Shown piece after piece: positions 24,301-37,573 of a DNA stretch of 64,000 nucleotides; the stretch's first letter is position 1; every line of letters begins with the position of its first letter. Origin of the DNA: Nymphaea colorata. Its lineage: Eukaryota. The notes below the pieces were generated by a model. That model did not search any database. It was not told where the DNA came from and saw only the letters and a list, made by a program, of their open reading frames with translations. The stretch is taken from contig NC_045138.2 of assembly GCF_008831285.2 (NCBI RefSeq), forward strand, positions 21,390,001 to 21,454,000, given 5' to 3'. Position numbers and translations under genes: made by a program.

Positions 24301-27300
24301 AAAGCTAACTAAAAACCATGAAAAAATTTGAGTTTTTCTAATTCTTTCAAAAACATTGACCAAATTCAAATAGTTATTGAGATATTAAAAGAAACATCCA
24401 AAAATTTAAAATAATATTCTTTTTTGAAGAAAAAGGAGAAATGTGAAAAAACAGGATATCTCATTTTGGCATATTTTTTCAAAGTGTCGCAATCTTTTCA
24501 CTTTTTTCATTTTTCTTTATTTACCTTCTTATTTGTGATTTTTTTTAATAAGCAGCTATATCTGTCACAATGGGACAACCTAAAACTTGAGACAGTAGCA
24601 TAAAAATTAGAATCAGGCATTCTTTGTTTTGCACTAATCCCATGAAAGATTGATAGAATGTCTAATCATGCATAGAAATAAATAATCCTGTAACATACCC
24701 ATGAAAAACTCGAACCAATAACTATTCTCTATTGCTTCTTTGAACTGCTTCACTTTGGGAGCATCCAGCTCAAGTACACAAATTGATGTACGATCAATAT
24801 TCTCTGGAAAGCAAAGTGTCAAAAACTGTCTGCAACTCAAAACAAGAAAGAAAAATAAAAACTGTCCACAACTATGTTAAATCATACATGGACAGGTTGA
24901 GACATGAATATGCATGCTTGGTAGGAAACGGAAGTTTCATAAACAATGAGACACTGAGGAGGCATTTGATCACCCTGGTTCTTTCATTCAAGGGTCTGAT
25001 TTAGAAAGGCATCCACCTTAAATCTATGGTTGTAAACTTATAACAAACTGTGGATTTGAAAACCGTAGGTTTAAGATCACAACTTAATTTCATGGATCTC
25101 ATGCCAAGAGGGACTTGAGATCTGTGAATCTTAAGATGAAAAATTTACAAATCCATGGTGTAATCCTTGCATAATTCAAATATAAGATTTCATATCCTTG
25201 TTAGAAATCAAGGATCTAAGCTAGAAAAGGAAAAAGGTGTATACCACCATGATGACTATGCACAAACATCTATCTCAAATTTAGGAGCCACAAGGCATCA
25301 CCAATGTGCTAAGATATTCAAAATCAGCAACAAGTTCCTAAGCTACTACTTTGAGTCCCCAACGTTGTCAGAATCATTATGGATAGCAATGGATTGGGTT
25401 CGAATTGAATGTCAAACCAAACCATATTACATAAGTTGGATATGAAAAGGTCATCAAACAATAATAAAAAAACAAATTTAGTTTCAGATTTAGGAAATGA
25501 CATCCAATTGGATTCAGATTCAGACTTGGTTCCACATAAGCATCCATGCATATAATGAATATCACCTATCCCTAGATAACTTCTTGCTATACATATCCAA
25601 CTGAACAAGGGATATTAACCTCATTATCAAATGTATGAGTGGACCCTGATGTAAGGATCTTGAGAGTTGAGACCAAAACTCCAATTTTAGCAAAAGAAGG
25701 GTGTGATATCTTACCCAAGTCAGGTATCCAGCACATTTTCTGGACATTTGCAAGAGGCTTATATCCTCGGAGTGGGAGAGAAAGATAGCCCTTGACATCA
25801 AGTCCGAGGAACATAGAACAAATCAGATCTGAGGTTTTCGAATACCTATATTTCTTCTCACAGAAGGAGGAGACATAACATTGTGACTTTTGTATCTGGA
25901 AAATTACTTTTTATCTCTTGGCCATTATAGAATTAAGAATTATAATCTAACTCAAGTACCAAAATAGAACTTTGTGAAGAAGGGTCCACATATGGCTAAG
26001 ACTAAAAAAAATGGATTAAAAAGTTTTGAAGAGCATAAGTGTTTTCAAACAGAAAGAGGTAATCTCTACATGGGAGTTATTCTCAACGTAAGAACAATAA
26101 ATTCCACACAAAGATATGTCAACATACTTCTAAATTTTATGTCGATCTGGCTGTCAATGAGTTCATTCCCTCCAAGAACCTCACCAAGACCACCCCATTT
26201 GTGTGCAGCATTGCCAGCTGGGTGGCAAAATGGAAGGCTATAGTAGTTATACGTTTCCTGAGGATTATTATAAGGTCCAACCTTGTTTACCCAAAGTGTC
26301 ACTGGTTCTTCCAACTGATACTGCATTGGAGAAAAAAATGAAAGCACCAAGAGTTAAGATAAGAAAACAGTCTAAGCACCCTATTCTTCAAAAACATTAA
26401 GAAACAGTCTGAAGACCAGACAGAAAAAGTTGCTAACGATGACATGATCCATCCAAAGGGAACATATTTAATAACACGTTTGGCCTCAATTGCCAAGCAA
26501 AAACTTTTTCTTTCTGCATGGTGGACAACTATAATATTAATACATCAAATGTCTATGAAAGAATGAAAAATTCTAAATCACACTGGCCTGAGTCGTCTAA
26601 CATCCTTGCAAAAGGTTGTTGAATTTCAAATAATTTCCTACCGTGACTAGTTTGACTGGTGTAAAATCATGGGGTGTTCTATGACACAATCAGCTTTTCT
26701 CAACTGCGATACACATAAATCCAGCACCAAGTTTAGCTTGTGTTATACATTGTCCCATAACCTGCTACATAAGGTGAGACTTATGCTATACAACTTTGCT
26801 GTCATAGAAAAGGGTAGCAGGAGTAATTAAAACGAAAAGCAGTTGGCATTTCATCTTCAATCAGCCAGAAATGACTTGTGTCTGCAACGACCGCAATTCC
26901 TACACAGTTGTACGTTTTAAGACAAAACAACGCCCCAATAAAGACTGCCAACGGCTAGGACCATGAACACTTACATGTGCCAATGGAACTGATTGGATCG
27001 TTATTTGGTAACCATAGATCTTAAATTCCAGATAAACGAATATATATCAGATTCACGAAGCCTGTAGATAAAGCGCGAACGGCATTATAAATTCCGTCTG
27101 GTTAAAATCCAGAAAGATAGTTGGGAGTAGTCCCACTCTTCGAATTGGGCAGCAACACCGAAATTCAGAGAAATCCCGAAACCACAACCCATGGAGGCGA
27201 ACAGTCAGCAACATGTAGCTTAGATCTAACCCCAAAAGCAAAAACACCTAAAGAGCAACAACCCCAAAACAGAGCTAAAAAATGCACGCCGAAAAAGCAA

Positions 27301-27580
27301 ACTGATATATTCAATAGCACCAAGCCATCTAATTTTTGCACCAGACAAAACCAAAAAATTAACAAATGGACAGATCACAAGGAACCATTAACGGAAAAGC
27401 CCTTGCAAAAAAGAAAAAACTACTAAAACAAAAGAAACTTAAAAGAAAACCCGAGCATTCAAAATCGATAGGATCCCGTACCCTGTGATCCGACTCCGAG
27501 GCGGAACAGGGAGCACAGCTGCCGAGGAGGAGGAGAAGCAGAAGCCCCCAGAGCGAGGGGGATCCCACGGATGAACGCAT
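21394..27580 (-). CDS. TMN1: Transmembrane 9 superfamily member 1-like (EMP70/nonaspanin), copy A, 12 exons, 591 aa
   Basis: Exons: 27580-27482, 26320-26128, 24803-24699, 24067-24050, 23933-23839, 23765-23613, 23432-23298, 23125-22959, 22553-22459, 22265-21892, 21812-21539, 21461-21394 (1776 nt, all GT-AG). Motifs: signal peptide then [83 protein letters not shown]-terminal IYRNIKCD. Confidence 0.97.
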
Positions 27581-29747
27581 CTCGGCCCTTTGTCTCGCCG
27601 GATCTCCTGCCTGCTACGAGAAGACGGGCTACTGCTCAGCGAGAGAGAGAGAGAGAGAGAGAACAACTGTGCTGCCTCTGACAGAGAACCCACGAAGAGA
27701 GGAAACGAGAGAGAGAAGGGGAGGGAGAACTGAGAAGGAGGAGATCCTTGACGACTCTCCGTTCTCCCAATTTTACTCTTCTGCCCGTCTTCTTCCAATT
27801 TGCGTAAAAGCTCAATCTTTTGTTCACAATTTCAAAAACAGTCTTCCTGTCGCTAACTTTTCTGCTTGTAGATGTCACTGCTTTGCCTACTAATTACAGT
27901 AACAGATAGAAACCTGTCTTGCAATTCCTGTTTCATCGTCTACAAAGTTGCAGCACGACTGAAAATTGATTCCAGTAGCTTATGACTCTCTCCCCAGCTT
28001 TGATGCCCACAATAATCGAACCAGAGATTCTACTAATTCTTGGTTCGACGTCAAACCAATAACTAGACTTGCTTCAACAATTAGCTTGGGGTAGAGAGAG
28101 AAAGAGCCCAAGTTATTACATGCCCACTAATATGCATGTTCAGATAATAAGTTAATTCTTGCCTATTTTCTATGACATGCTTATAAACTCATAAGACAAA
28201 AGAAATTTGTTTGATTGAGAGAAATGCTAGAGTTTGTTCTTCAAGGACAATTTTTAAACCGCCCAAGTATTTTTGTTCTACACATAAAACAGATAGAAGA
28301 CAATGGGAGTGCCCAACAGATATGCACTGGAAAAAAAAAGATGTAGTTGAGATATTTTGGGATTTTTTTTTTGTTTTTAAAATTCTGTTTTGGACTTCTT
28401 CTTCAGCTTTGGAACAATACATTTCATTCTAGAACAAGGACTCTGTTCGACCAATCAGACGAGCTCATAAGGCTCATTGTGTTTTCTAATTCTGTATCTG
28501 ATAAGCTTGAGAGCTCTAGCAAGATGAAGTTCGAATCACTATGTTAATTGAGCAATTCAAGGAACAAGCTATGCCTGTTAGGATTGATATCGTTTGTTTA
28601 CATTCTACTTTACATTAAAGAAAAATCATTCTACTTTACATAATATATGTATCATGTGGTATGCATATGGGAAACTTATACCAAAGCTTTTTTTTTTTTT
28701 CTTCATTCCCTTTATACCAAAATTTCTCTATCATAGTTGTGCTTGAATTTTTAAGCCGTTTGTCCCTTGAACAATCCTCCATTAAAACCTGCAATGAAGA
28801 ATCTCATCAACTCTTTCTAAGACCTGCAATGAGGTCGTATGTTGGTGCTGCGAAATCATATCTGTAACACCTCAAATTTGCTTCTTTTTCCTTTCCTTCA
28901 CTTACCATATACTGGGGTTCATTGAGCACCAACTAAGAAAATCAAGGCATTTAAAAACTTTTGTCCCAGTATATCGTGATTCGAGTTGCAGGCATTTCAG
29001 AACTTTCAATCCCATCTTAAACATCTAGTCTCACACTGAGCATCGAGTCAAACTTGCTTCAAGTATTAAGTATTACTCAGAGCAACATACCTTTTATATA
29101 TATATATAGTAATTGGTACATTCCAACCACTAGATCAAGGTCAAAAACCAAACACTCAAAACCAATTATTAAATTCCTTTTTCTATAATATAACCGTATA
29201 GATATTGATCTTACGAATGTTTTGATGGGAATAGAACACCAAGTCATAAATTGAGTTTAACGTGTTTCTATAGTAATAAAAAAATGAATAGCTCTTATGA
29301 CATTGATTTTTTAATAGTAGAAAAATCAATATTTTTCTTAAAAACAACTTGAACTAAGACACATTTTACGTCAATTAATATTTATAAACATATTAGCATG
29401 CATATATATAAACTCTTCTTTTAACAAGATTTTAATGGGTATTGTTTTCGTCACTGACACACACACAACCAATGCCTATATTGTTACTGAGTTTTTTAAA
29501 AAGGCAATTATTTTCATGCTTAAAAAAGTAAATAAAAATAACATGTTATTGAACATGTAAGATGACTATTAGAAGTAAATAAATTTCGAACTTTTTATTC
29601 TCAAATTCTATGAAATTTCAACTAAATATTTAAAAAATATCATTCGTTTCATAGATTAATAATTTTTTGAACGTAATACAGTAATCTTTGAGAAAATAAA
29701 CTAACAATGCTAAAAATGAAAGAGCTGCTTATGAGACTCGTTTAAAG

Positions 29748-29785
<38 letters not shown>

Positions 29786-30433
29786 CTACGTATTCTAGTA
29801 CAAAAAATAAATTGTTAATGAGATTTAAACTAATAAAAGTATAAATTCATAATCCATGTAAAGTTAAGTCGACAGTGGTGTGCAGTTATGCAATTGGCTG
29901 CGTTTGCCATATTTGACTGAAATTGGTGAATCAGAATCAGTCCTTTTTACTTAGCTCTCATTACCCCGAAAAAGAAAAGCAAAAAATGTCAAAGCTCCGT
30001 GCTGAACATAAGAACCATCACTTTGCATAATTAAGATTAATAATGTTTCTCATGATGTCAACTTCAATGGAAGCACAAAAATGTGTGATACATTTGTAAC
30101 CTAAGATTACAAACAGTCAAAGAAAAACCCTATCACTACATAAAGGCAAAAATAGGTAGTTTTGCTTCGATTGAGGCCACATCCCTACCGCCCAGAGGGA
30201 GAGAGAGAGAGAGGTGGGGGAGAGAGATTTGCCATTAGCAGTGAACAGTGAAAATTTCATGCACCGCAGCTCAGAAAATTCTCTCAGAGACTAGCATAAT
30301 CTTCCAAAATCCTGAGATTCCTGAAGCAGCGAAACGCTTAGATGTTCAAGTACCAAATGAATGACAGTCCGCACACAAGTTCACCTCTTTTCTTCCACAG
30401 AAATCACAACCTGGATCCTTTCTCAGCCATGAC

Positions 30434-33400
30434 CTAGTCACACTTGATGTTCCTGTAGATCCTCCTCACAAACAAGGTTGACCCAAGATAGCCAACAGCC
30501 CCTGTTGTAATCGTCAAAAGTTAAGACAACCCCAGTCTAAGAGATAACAGAAATTGGAAACTGAATAGGATTACTCACCACAAAGGATCCCCAGACCAAG
30601 ACAAAACATGAGCGTGTAGCCAAAATAGAAGCTGGTCTGGAAGAAGCCTGACATCTTCGTTTTAACATAATAGTAATATATGGAGTACAGGTAAACATAG
30701 ACAGCCGTTGATGCTGCAGAGAAGAATGACGTCCATTGCCAATGATAGTTTTCAGCATTTAACAAGAAATATGTGCCCACGATTGTGACACAGACAGTCA
30801 CAATAACAAGGATCAGGAATACCAGCAGCATGAAACCATACACGTAGTACACCTGCATAGCAAGTAAATATTATGTATGAAGAAAAGAAAAACAATCTGG
30901 AACTCACATATACAGGCAAACCAAAGAATAAGCTATATACCTTGTAATTCCAGAAGGATGTGAATACAAAGTACATCTCAATGAATATGCTTCCAAAAGG
31001 AAGAAGGCCACCCATAAGAGAAACAACCGAAGGTGTTAGATACCATTTCTTTTCAGGAATGGGACGGGGAATGGTCTTGACACGGCATGGGTTATTTGGG
31101 GCCCCACTCCAGTTTCTACCAACAACCGTACCAAGAAGAGCAAGAGGAAATGAAATGAAAGCCCAGATGATAAACACAACTACCATCGTTCCAAAGGGAA
31201 TAGCAGCCAAGGAACCATAGAATATAGCAATTGTGTTGAGGATGAAACCAATTCCACAGCACAGGAATGGGAAAAGTGAAGCTGTGAGAATCATTGATTT
31301 GATCCAACTTTTTCCTGACAGTTTCAAGACTAAAGAGGTCAGAAGAGACGCATATGAAAAATAAACATAAGATACATCAATTAGATGAAGTCCCATACAC
31401 ATGCAGAGAAAACTGTATTTCAGCATTTACTTTAACATCAGTTTAAATGAATGCTTATTCATGAATAAACATACCACCATTTCGTGAATAAAGCCCTCCA
31501 CTTACGTAACCAGCAATGAAAGAGGTCAGTGCATAACAAACAATAAATGTGGTGACAATAGCTCCTCTCCTGCATATTTAGGATACATCAGATGACGCAA
31601 GAAGCTATTCTCTACAATATAATAAAACTGGAGGGCAATACGAGCTATCATGTTTGCCCTAAACACAATGTCAGATTGGAGCTCTCTTTCCTGAGAGCAC
31701 AAGTAAATGCACATCCATCAAAGTCAAGGAGAGCTACATGACAATTATGCACCATACTGCATATTGTGCTTCCCTTGAGTTCAGACGGACCAGAGCATCA
31801 AATGATAGGCTACTTGAAACTTGACAAGAAGATAAACATGCCAACCAGCCCAGCAGCAAATATTGCCCAAGGACAGGTGCGAAGACAGGGGAGTCCCACA
31901 ATGTTGCAGTATCCATGCCCAAAAGTTAGTGGAAAAGGAAACTAATCTTATGGGGGAAAAGTAATGGAAGAAATGGTAGACATAGCAAAATTAAGCCAAT
32001 TCCATAACAAAGAGCCAGGATAAAACATCACAAGCAAAATGGACACGCAAATTTCAGTTTAGCATACCCTATATACAACATGCCAATAATAGCCAACAAG
32101 ATGACAAGAAGAACCAGCATTGCAAGCTGTGCACCAGTACCCACAAGTGCTGAAAGCAAAACCAAATTACGAGCAGGCCTGAAAACATCACCATGCACCA
32201 GCTTCCATCCAGATTCTTCACTTACATCCCTTTCCTGATATTCCAACAAAACTAGGTTAGGTAGCTTGCTACAGTAAGTTTGTCGGGAAAATGTCCGCAA
32301 GCTTTTTTACAAAAAAGCATAATCTTGACAGGAAGAATTTGCACCTCAGGACAGAAATAAATAAAGACGAAAAGGTTGTTAGAGAGAAGTTGAGAGCTCA
32401 CCAAAGTTTCTAGATCATCATCTTCTCGAGCATACTTGGCATAGTCATTTCTGAGAGTCCGCATTAATATCATGGAGACTAAACCAGTGAGGAAAATGAC
32501 CATCATGAAAGAATTGAAAATGGAAAACCAATGAATCTGCACGATGAAACCAAAGTTCAATGCAAGATAATTAACCTTGTGATGTAAAATCCTCACAGAT
32601 TGGTGATCTAGCATGACAAACACATTAGTATAATTTGCATAAGTTAACCCACAACATTCAGAAAATTGCTTCACTATGTGAAAGAAGTAAAGAAACAAAA
32701 AAACTTTATTAATAAAGCTCAGTTCCTTCATTCACCTGATGCTCAAAGAAAGGATAATCCAGGTAAACATCAAAACGATGTGCAAAGGTAACATTGGTGG
32801 AGACCCATTTGACTGAATAGGTGAGTTCCAATGTCTTTCCAGCTTCCAGAGATTTAGGACTTTCTTGTGTAAGATTTACATGAATAATCTGAAAAAACAT
32901 GAATTTATCTCAACAAATAGCGAATATAAGAAGAAATAAAGAGTACGCCATGTATACAAACCTGATCACCATTATATTGAACCAAAATACTCTTGTGTGT
33001 CCAAAGCATATGCCTATTGTCATTGCTTCTATCAGAATGAAGCTCACCAACAAAGCCTGACCAAGAATATAAACAAAAACTAATTCACTCATTGGGGAAA
33101 TCAATGTGGAAAATGGAAAGCTCAGGCAAGAACATGAAGGAATCAGGGCAGCCAATATAGAATTGACAGAGAAAAGGCACAACGTACCCCATAAAGGCAA
33201 GTCATCTGCACTCATCACCAGTGCATGCCAGCGGCACAGCAGGAAGAAAAAACAGGTAACCAGTCAAGAAGTAGATCAAAGGAAATAAATGAGTAAATGT
33301 GAACAATTAGTAGTGACTGCTCAATGAAAATAAGTAAAAAATCATTCTTCATTTTATGTTAAATTGGTGAACACCTTAGCAGGATTTATGAATAAAGAAG

Positions 33401-36400
33401 AAAGAAAAGCCTATCACATACCCATGAAAAACTCAAACCAATAACTATTCTCTATTGCTTCTTTAAACTGCTTCACTTTTGCAGCATCGAGCTCAAGTTC
33501 ACAAATTGGTGTCTGATCAACATTCTCTGCAAAGCAAAAATGTCAAAAATTCGCATGCAACTTGAAAGGAAGAAAAAAAAAAACCTATGGTAAAATTATA
33601 TAAAGCCACAAGTATGAGAAGTGGATAGGCATATTTTGTTCATCGATGCAGATATCCATACCTGGACACTTTCCTTCTTTTGTTCCTTTTGTATCTTAGA
33701 AAACTTTCATGGTTTCTTTATAGTTTATATTCTTGCCATTCCTATTATCACAATGACTTTTCTGCTCTTTTTATATTTTTTTTTTAGTTTGGTAACTTAA
33801 AATGATTTCAAAAGAAAAAAGGAAAAAAATGAAGGAAAGCCTTACCATGAAATTGTGTTCATAAAGATCAAGATTGACAAAGGAGTACAAAAGTAAGAAT
33901 GTGCTGTTGGACAGGTTTCACAATTTCAAATGAAATGCCATGGAGTACTTTATGTAAGACAGGAATGAATACCAAGTGCAACATTCATTGGGCCCTGTCA
34001 AGCTAGACATTTTATAGATACAAACTCAGAATTATTCTTTATGAACATACCATCTTTCTTCAGGATAACATTGTACATCCAAACATCTGCGGGTATACGC
34101 TGAAATTACTGCAAAAAATATCAGGGTGTTGTTGCAAGTATCTAAAAGAAATTCTTTTTTATATATTTGAAGTGCATGTCTATTTTTTTAGAGTCTTTTA
34201 TATAAGAAGCATCATGAAAAATCTCGCTGATTTGTTCCAATAAAAAAATAAAGAAAAGGAAGAATAAAAAAAACTCAAAAAACAAATAAATCAAGATATT
34301 TGGAAACATCAGAAGAATGAAAACAATGAACCTTTTTCCCCTTTTCAGAAACAAAAATTTTAATGTACCAAATTTTGTATTTTAATATTTTCACAACTCT
34401 TTTCAATCGTGTTCAATTTGTCAGACAATTATTAGAAAAACGAAAATTTTATTATTTCTATGTTCAAATTTTCTAAATTCCCAAGATTTTCTCTAGAAGA
34501 ACAGAACTTCCTGTTTAATAGTCAAGAAAAACCTTGCCAAAGGCCCAAAAGAAACCCAAAAAGCACATATGCGACTCTGTTCAAAAGCCTTTAGTGGCAG
34601 CTTATTTATATTTTTGTACAATGTGCCCATCATTCCAAGGTTTTTTTTATTTCACTTTAGATTCTTTCAACTTGGGGGATCTTTTGAAATTTCTGAAGAA
34701 ACCCACATTCTGGAAAAAAAAAAGGACCTCGCTAAGAAGTTGCCAAAAGCAATGCTGGCAATAGATGAATCATAAGAATCAGATTGAGATTGCAAAAAGA
34801 GCACAAGTATGGACATGGTGCTGCCCAGGTTTAGACGTTCTAATGAATGCAAAGGAGTACTTGTCATGTAAGATTGGAAAGGATGCAAAGTATAACAACA
34901 CTTGGTGTTGTCAAAGAAATCTTTATACAGATTATGCACTCGGAATTGTTCTTTACTGGCAGACCCTTTTCTAGGGTAAAGAAGTCACTGGAGCAGCAAT
35001 TTCTATCTAGGAGAGATAAGTTAAATTGTTACACATTAAGAAAAGATATCTTGCAGGGAATGTAGCTAGAGTTTGTTCATAAAGCATAGCCCATATTTTT
35101 TATTTTAATTTTAATGAAGCTAGGAGCACACAGTGTTAAAATATGCCAATCAGGGTGCCAAGCCAACACCACTCCAATTATGCCAAGAGAAGCTCCCCTG
35201 ACCCCAGATATTGAGCTCTTGACCTTCTTCAACACAAGGGACTTTTAAGCCAATCCCTCAGCCAGGCAGATGATTTGGAAGATTGTTGGTCTCAAGGTGT
35301 GCTAAGAGCTTGACATCTTAAATCTGAGAAATTGATAAGGCAGCATTTCGACACCACATTTCAAGCTTTATTGAATCTAGGGCCTCAACCTAGCCAAGTT
35401 TAGGTTAAAAGAATTCTAGTTTCACATGGAAAGTGGTCTGATTCAGCAACAGATTGGAAGAAGGTCATGGCATCTGAACTAAGCCTGAGGATATCAGGTT
35501 AAGTCAGAATGGAATTTCAAATACCCCTTTCTTGTTCTTCACAAAAGGAAGAAGCATATTATTAAAATTGTTCTCTCCAAAATTAATTTCCTCGTCTCGA
35601 CACTACAAAGAATTGAGAGTTATAACCTAATTCAATTATTACAGTGGAATTTTACAAAGAAGCATCTAATACTTCAGAACATGGCTAGAACTAATTGATA
35701 GAGCCTTAGCTCTTAAGAAATTTTTAACAGGTATAACTGTATCCAAACTCCAAACAGATACAAGTAGACCGAATGTAGAGTTATTTTCCAGGTAAGAGAT
35801 CTCAAGACAATTTTTAACAGGTATAACTGTGTTCAAAGTTCAAACAGATAAAAGTAGAGACTGAATATAGAGTTATTTTCCAGGTAAGAAAGGTAAAATG
35901 CACATAAAGGTGAACTAACATACTTCTAAACTTTATGTCGATCTGGCTGTCAATAAGTTCATTTCCACCAAGAACCTCACCAAGACCACCCCATTTGTGT
36001 GCAGAATTACCAGCAGGTTGGCAAAATGGAAGACTATAGTAGTTGTATGTTTCTTGAGGATTATTATAAGGTCCAACCTTGTTTACCCAAAGCGTCACTG
36101 GTTCATCTGATTGATACTGCATTCAAAAAATAAATACACCACGGTGAAGGCAAGAACATACCCTAGCAACCTATTTATCCACAAATATCGAGAAATAATA
36201 AGAGGACATGACAGGAAAAAGTTACTAAGCACCACATGATCCATATAAAGGGAACACATATAATAAAGTGCCTGGTTTAGACTTCTCCAACCAAACATTC
36301 AATAGCAAGAGATGTGAAACAAGTAAAAGTTGGGGCACAAAACTACGAAGATCAAGGCAGAATTAATAGTTTTAAACCATATTGGACTGCAATCCAAGGT

Positions 36401-37478
36401 CACAAATGTAAACAGAATTATCACCACATCTAACTAGTTTAATACATACGGAGACAATTTGCCATGGCTTGACCTTTTGAAGTGGTCGGTTGAATTTCAA
36501 ATGATATTCTACCATGGCTAATCTGACCGGTGCCAAACCATGAGTTACAGATCTCCTAAAAGATGATCAGTACAGACTACAGACGCGGGAGAAAAATTTT
36601 GACCAGCGTCATATATCGACCCGTGAAGAGTGATATAAGGTCGGCCACGGACTCATGATTGCATAATTTTTGCTGTCACAAACGATTAGGGGGGACAATG
36701 AAAAGCAAACGCAGTCGGTTTCACATCGTCAACGAATCACCAAAGTCTTGTCCCCCTATTGATGGAAAAGTCTGTACAATCATCCGTTAAGACAAGAACT
36801 CCCCAAAGAAACGAGGCAGTGTCCATGATCATGATCATGTAAACCGTTCTACAGGCACCAACCAAGATGATCACTTGAAATTGACTGGATCCTTCCACTC
36901 AATTTAACGTCAATACAGATCTTGAATTCTTAAGAGATGAAGAATTCCATTCTCTATATATCAGATTCACAGGGTCTACAGCTAAACTCAAAGAACTTGA
37001 AAAATTCGATCTCGATAAAATCCATAAAGAGGGCGGTAGTAGTCCTGTTCCTCCGATTAAGCACCAAGATCATCGGAGACCACTAATCGGGAATATGTAG
37101 CTTAGATCCAATCTCCAATCCCCAAAACAACCAACAAACATCTCGAATGCAGCAATCGGACAATAGAACTCGCAATGCACCACACGGAGAAGAAAAACAG
37201 GAAGTGAGATGTACTCAGAAACACCAAATAATTAAATTCTGAAATAACATAAAAAGGAAAACTATAACGGCATATACATTAGAACAAATCAGTAGCACAG
37301 AAAAAATGAAAGAAATTCAAGAAAACAAAAGAAACCAAAAAAGAAGAAACCCTAGTATTCAAGTGCCAGAAGCCCGTACCTTGTGATCCGACTCGGAGGC
37401 GAACGAAGGAGCACAGTTGCCGAGAATAAGGAGAAGGAGAAGCGCTGAGAAGGACACGGATCCGGCCGATGGACGCAT
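30434..37478 (-). CDS. TMN1: Transmembrane 9 superfamily member 1-like, tandem copy B, 12 exons, 591 aa
   Basis: Exons: 37478-37380, 36116-35924, 33526-33422, 33205-33188, 33056-32962, 32888-32736, 32536-32402, 32234-32068, 31569-31475, 31314-30941, 30852-30579, 30501-30434. Every exon has the same length and phase as copy A. The motifs and the IKCD* terminus are the same. Confidence 0.97.
35719..35888. repeat. Intronic degenerate duplication, 2 x ~90 bp, in TMN1 copy B intron 2
   Basis: aatttttaacaggtataactgt...caaacagata...agagttattttccaggtaaga occurs twice. Confidence 0.8.
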
Positions 37479-37535
37479 CTCGGCCTCTTGTCCCACTGGA
37501 TCTCCGACCTGCTACGGGAGGACGTCGTTCTCAGC

Positions 37536-37573
<38 letters not shown>

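Noticed and set aside
34560..35070. Cluster of 68-90 aa ORFs in TMN1-B intron 2 as a nested gene
   Set aside because: No recognisable domain or consistent splice structure. It is probably decayed transposon sequence.
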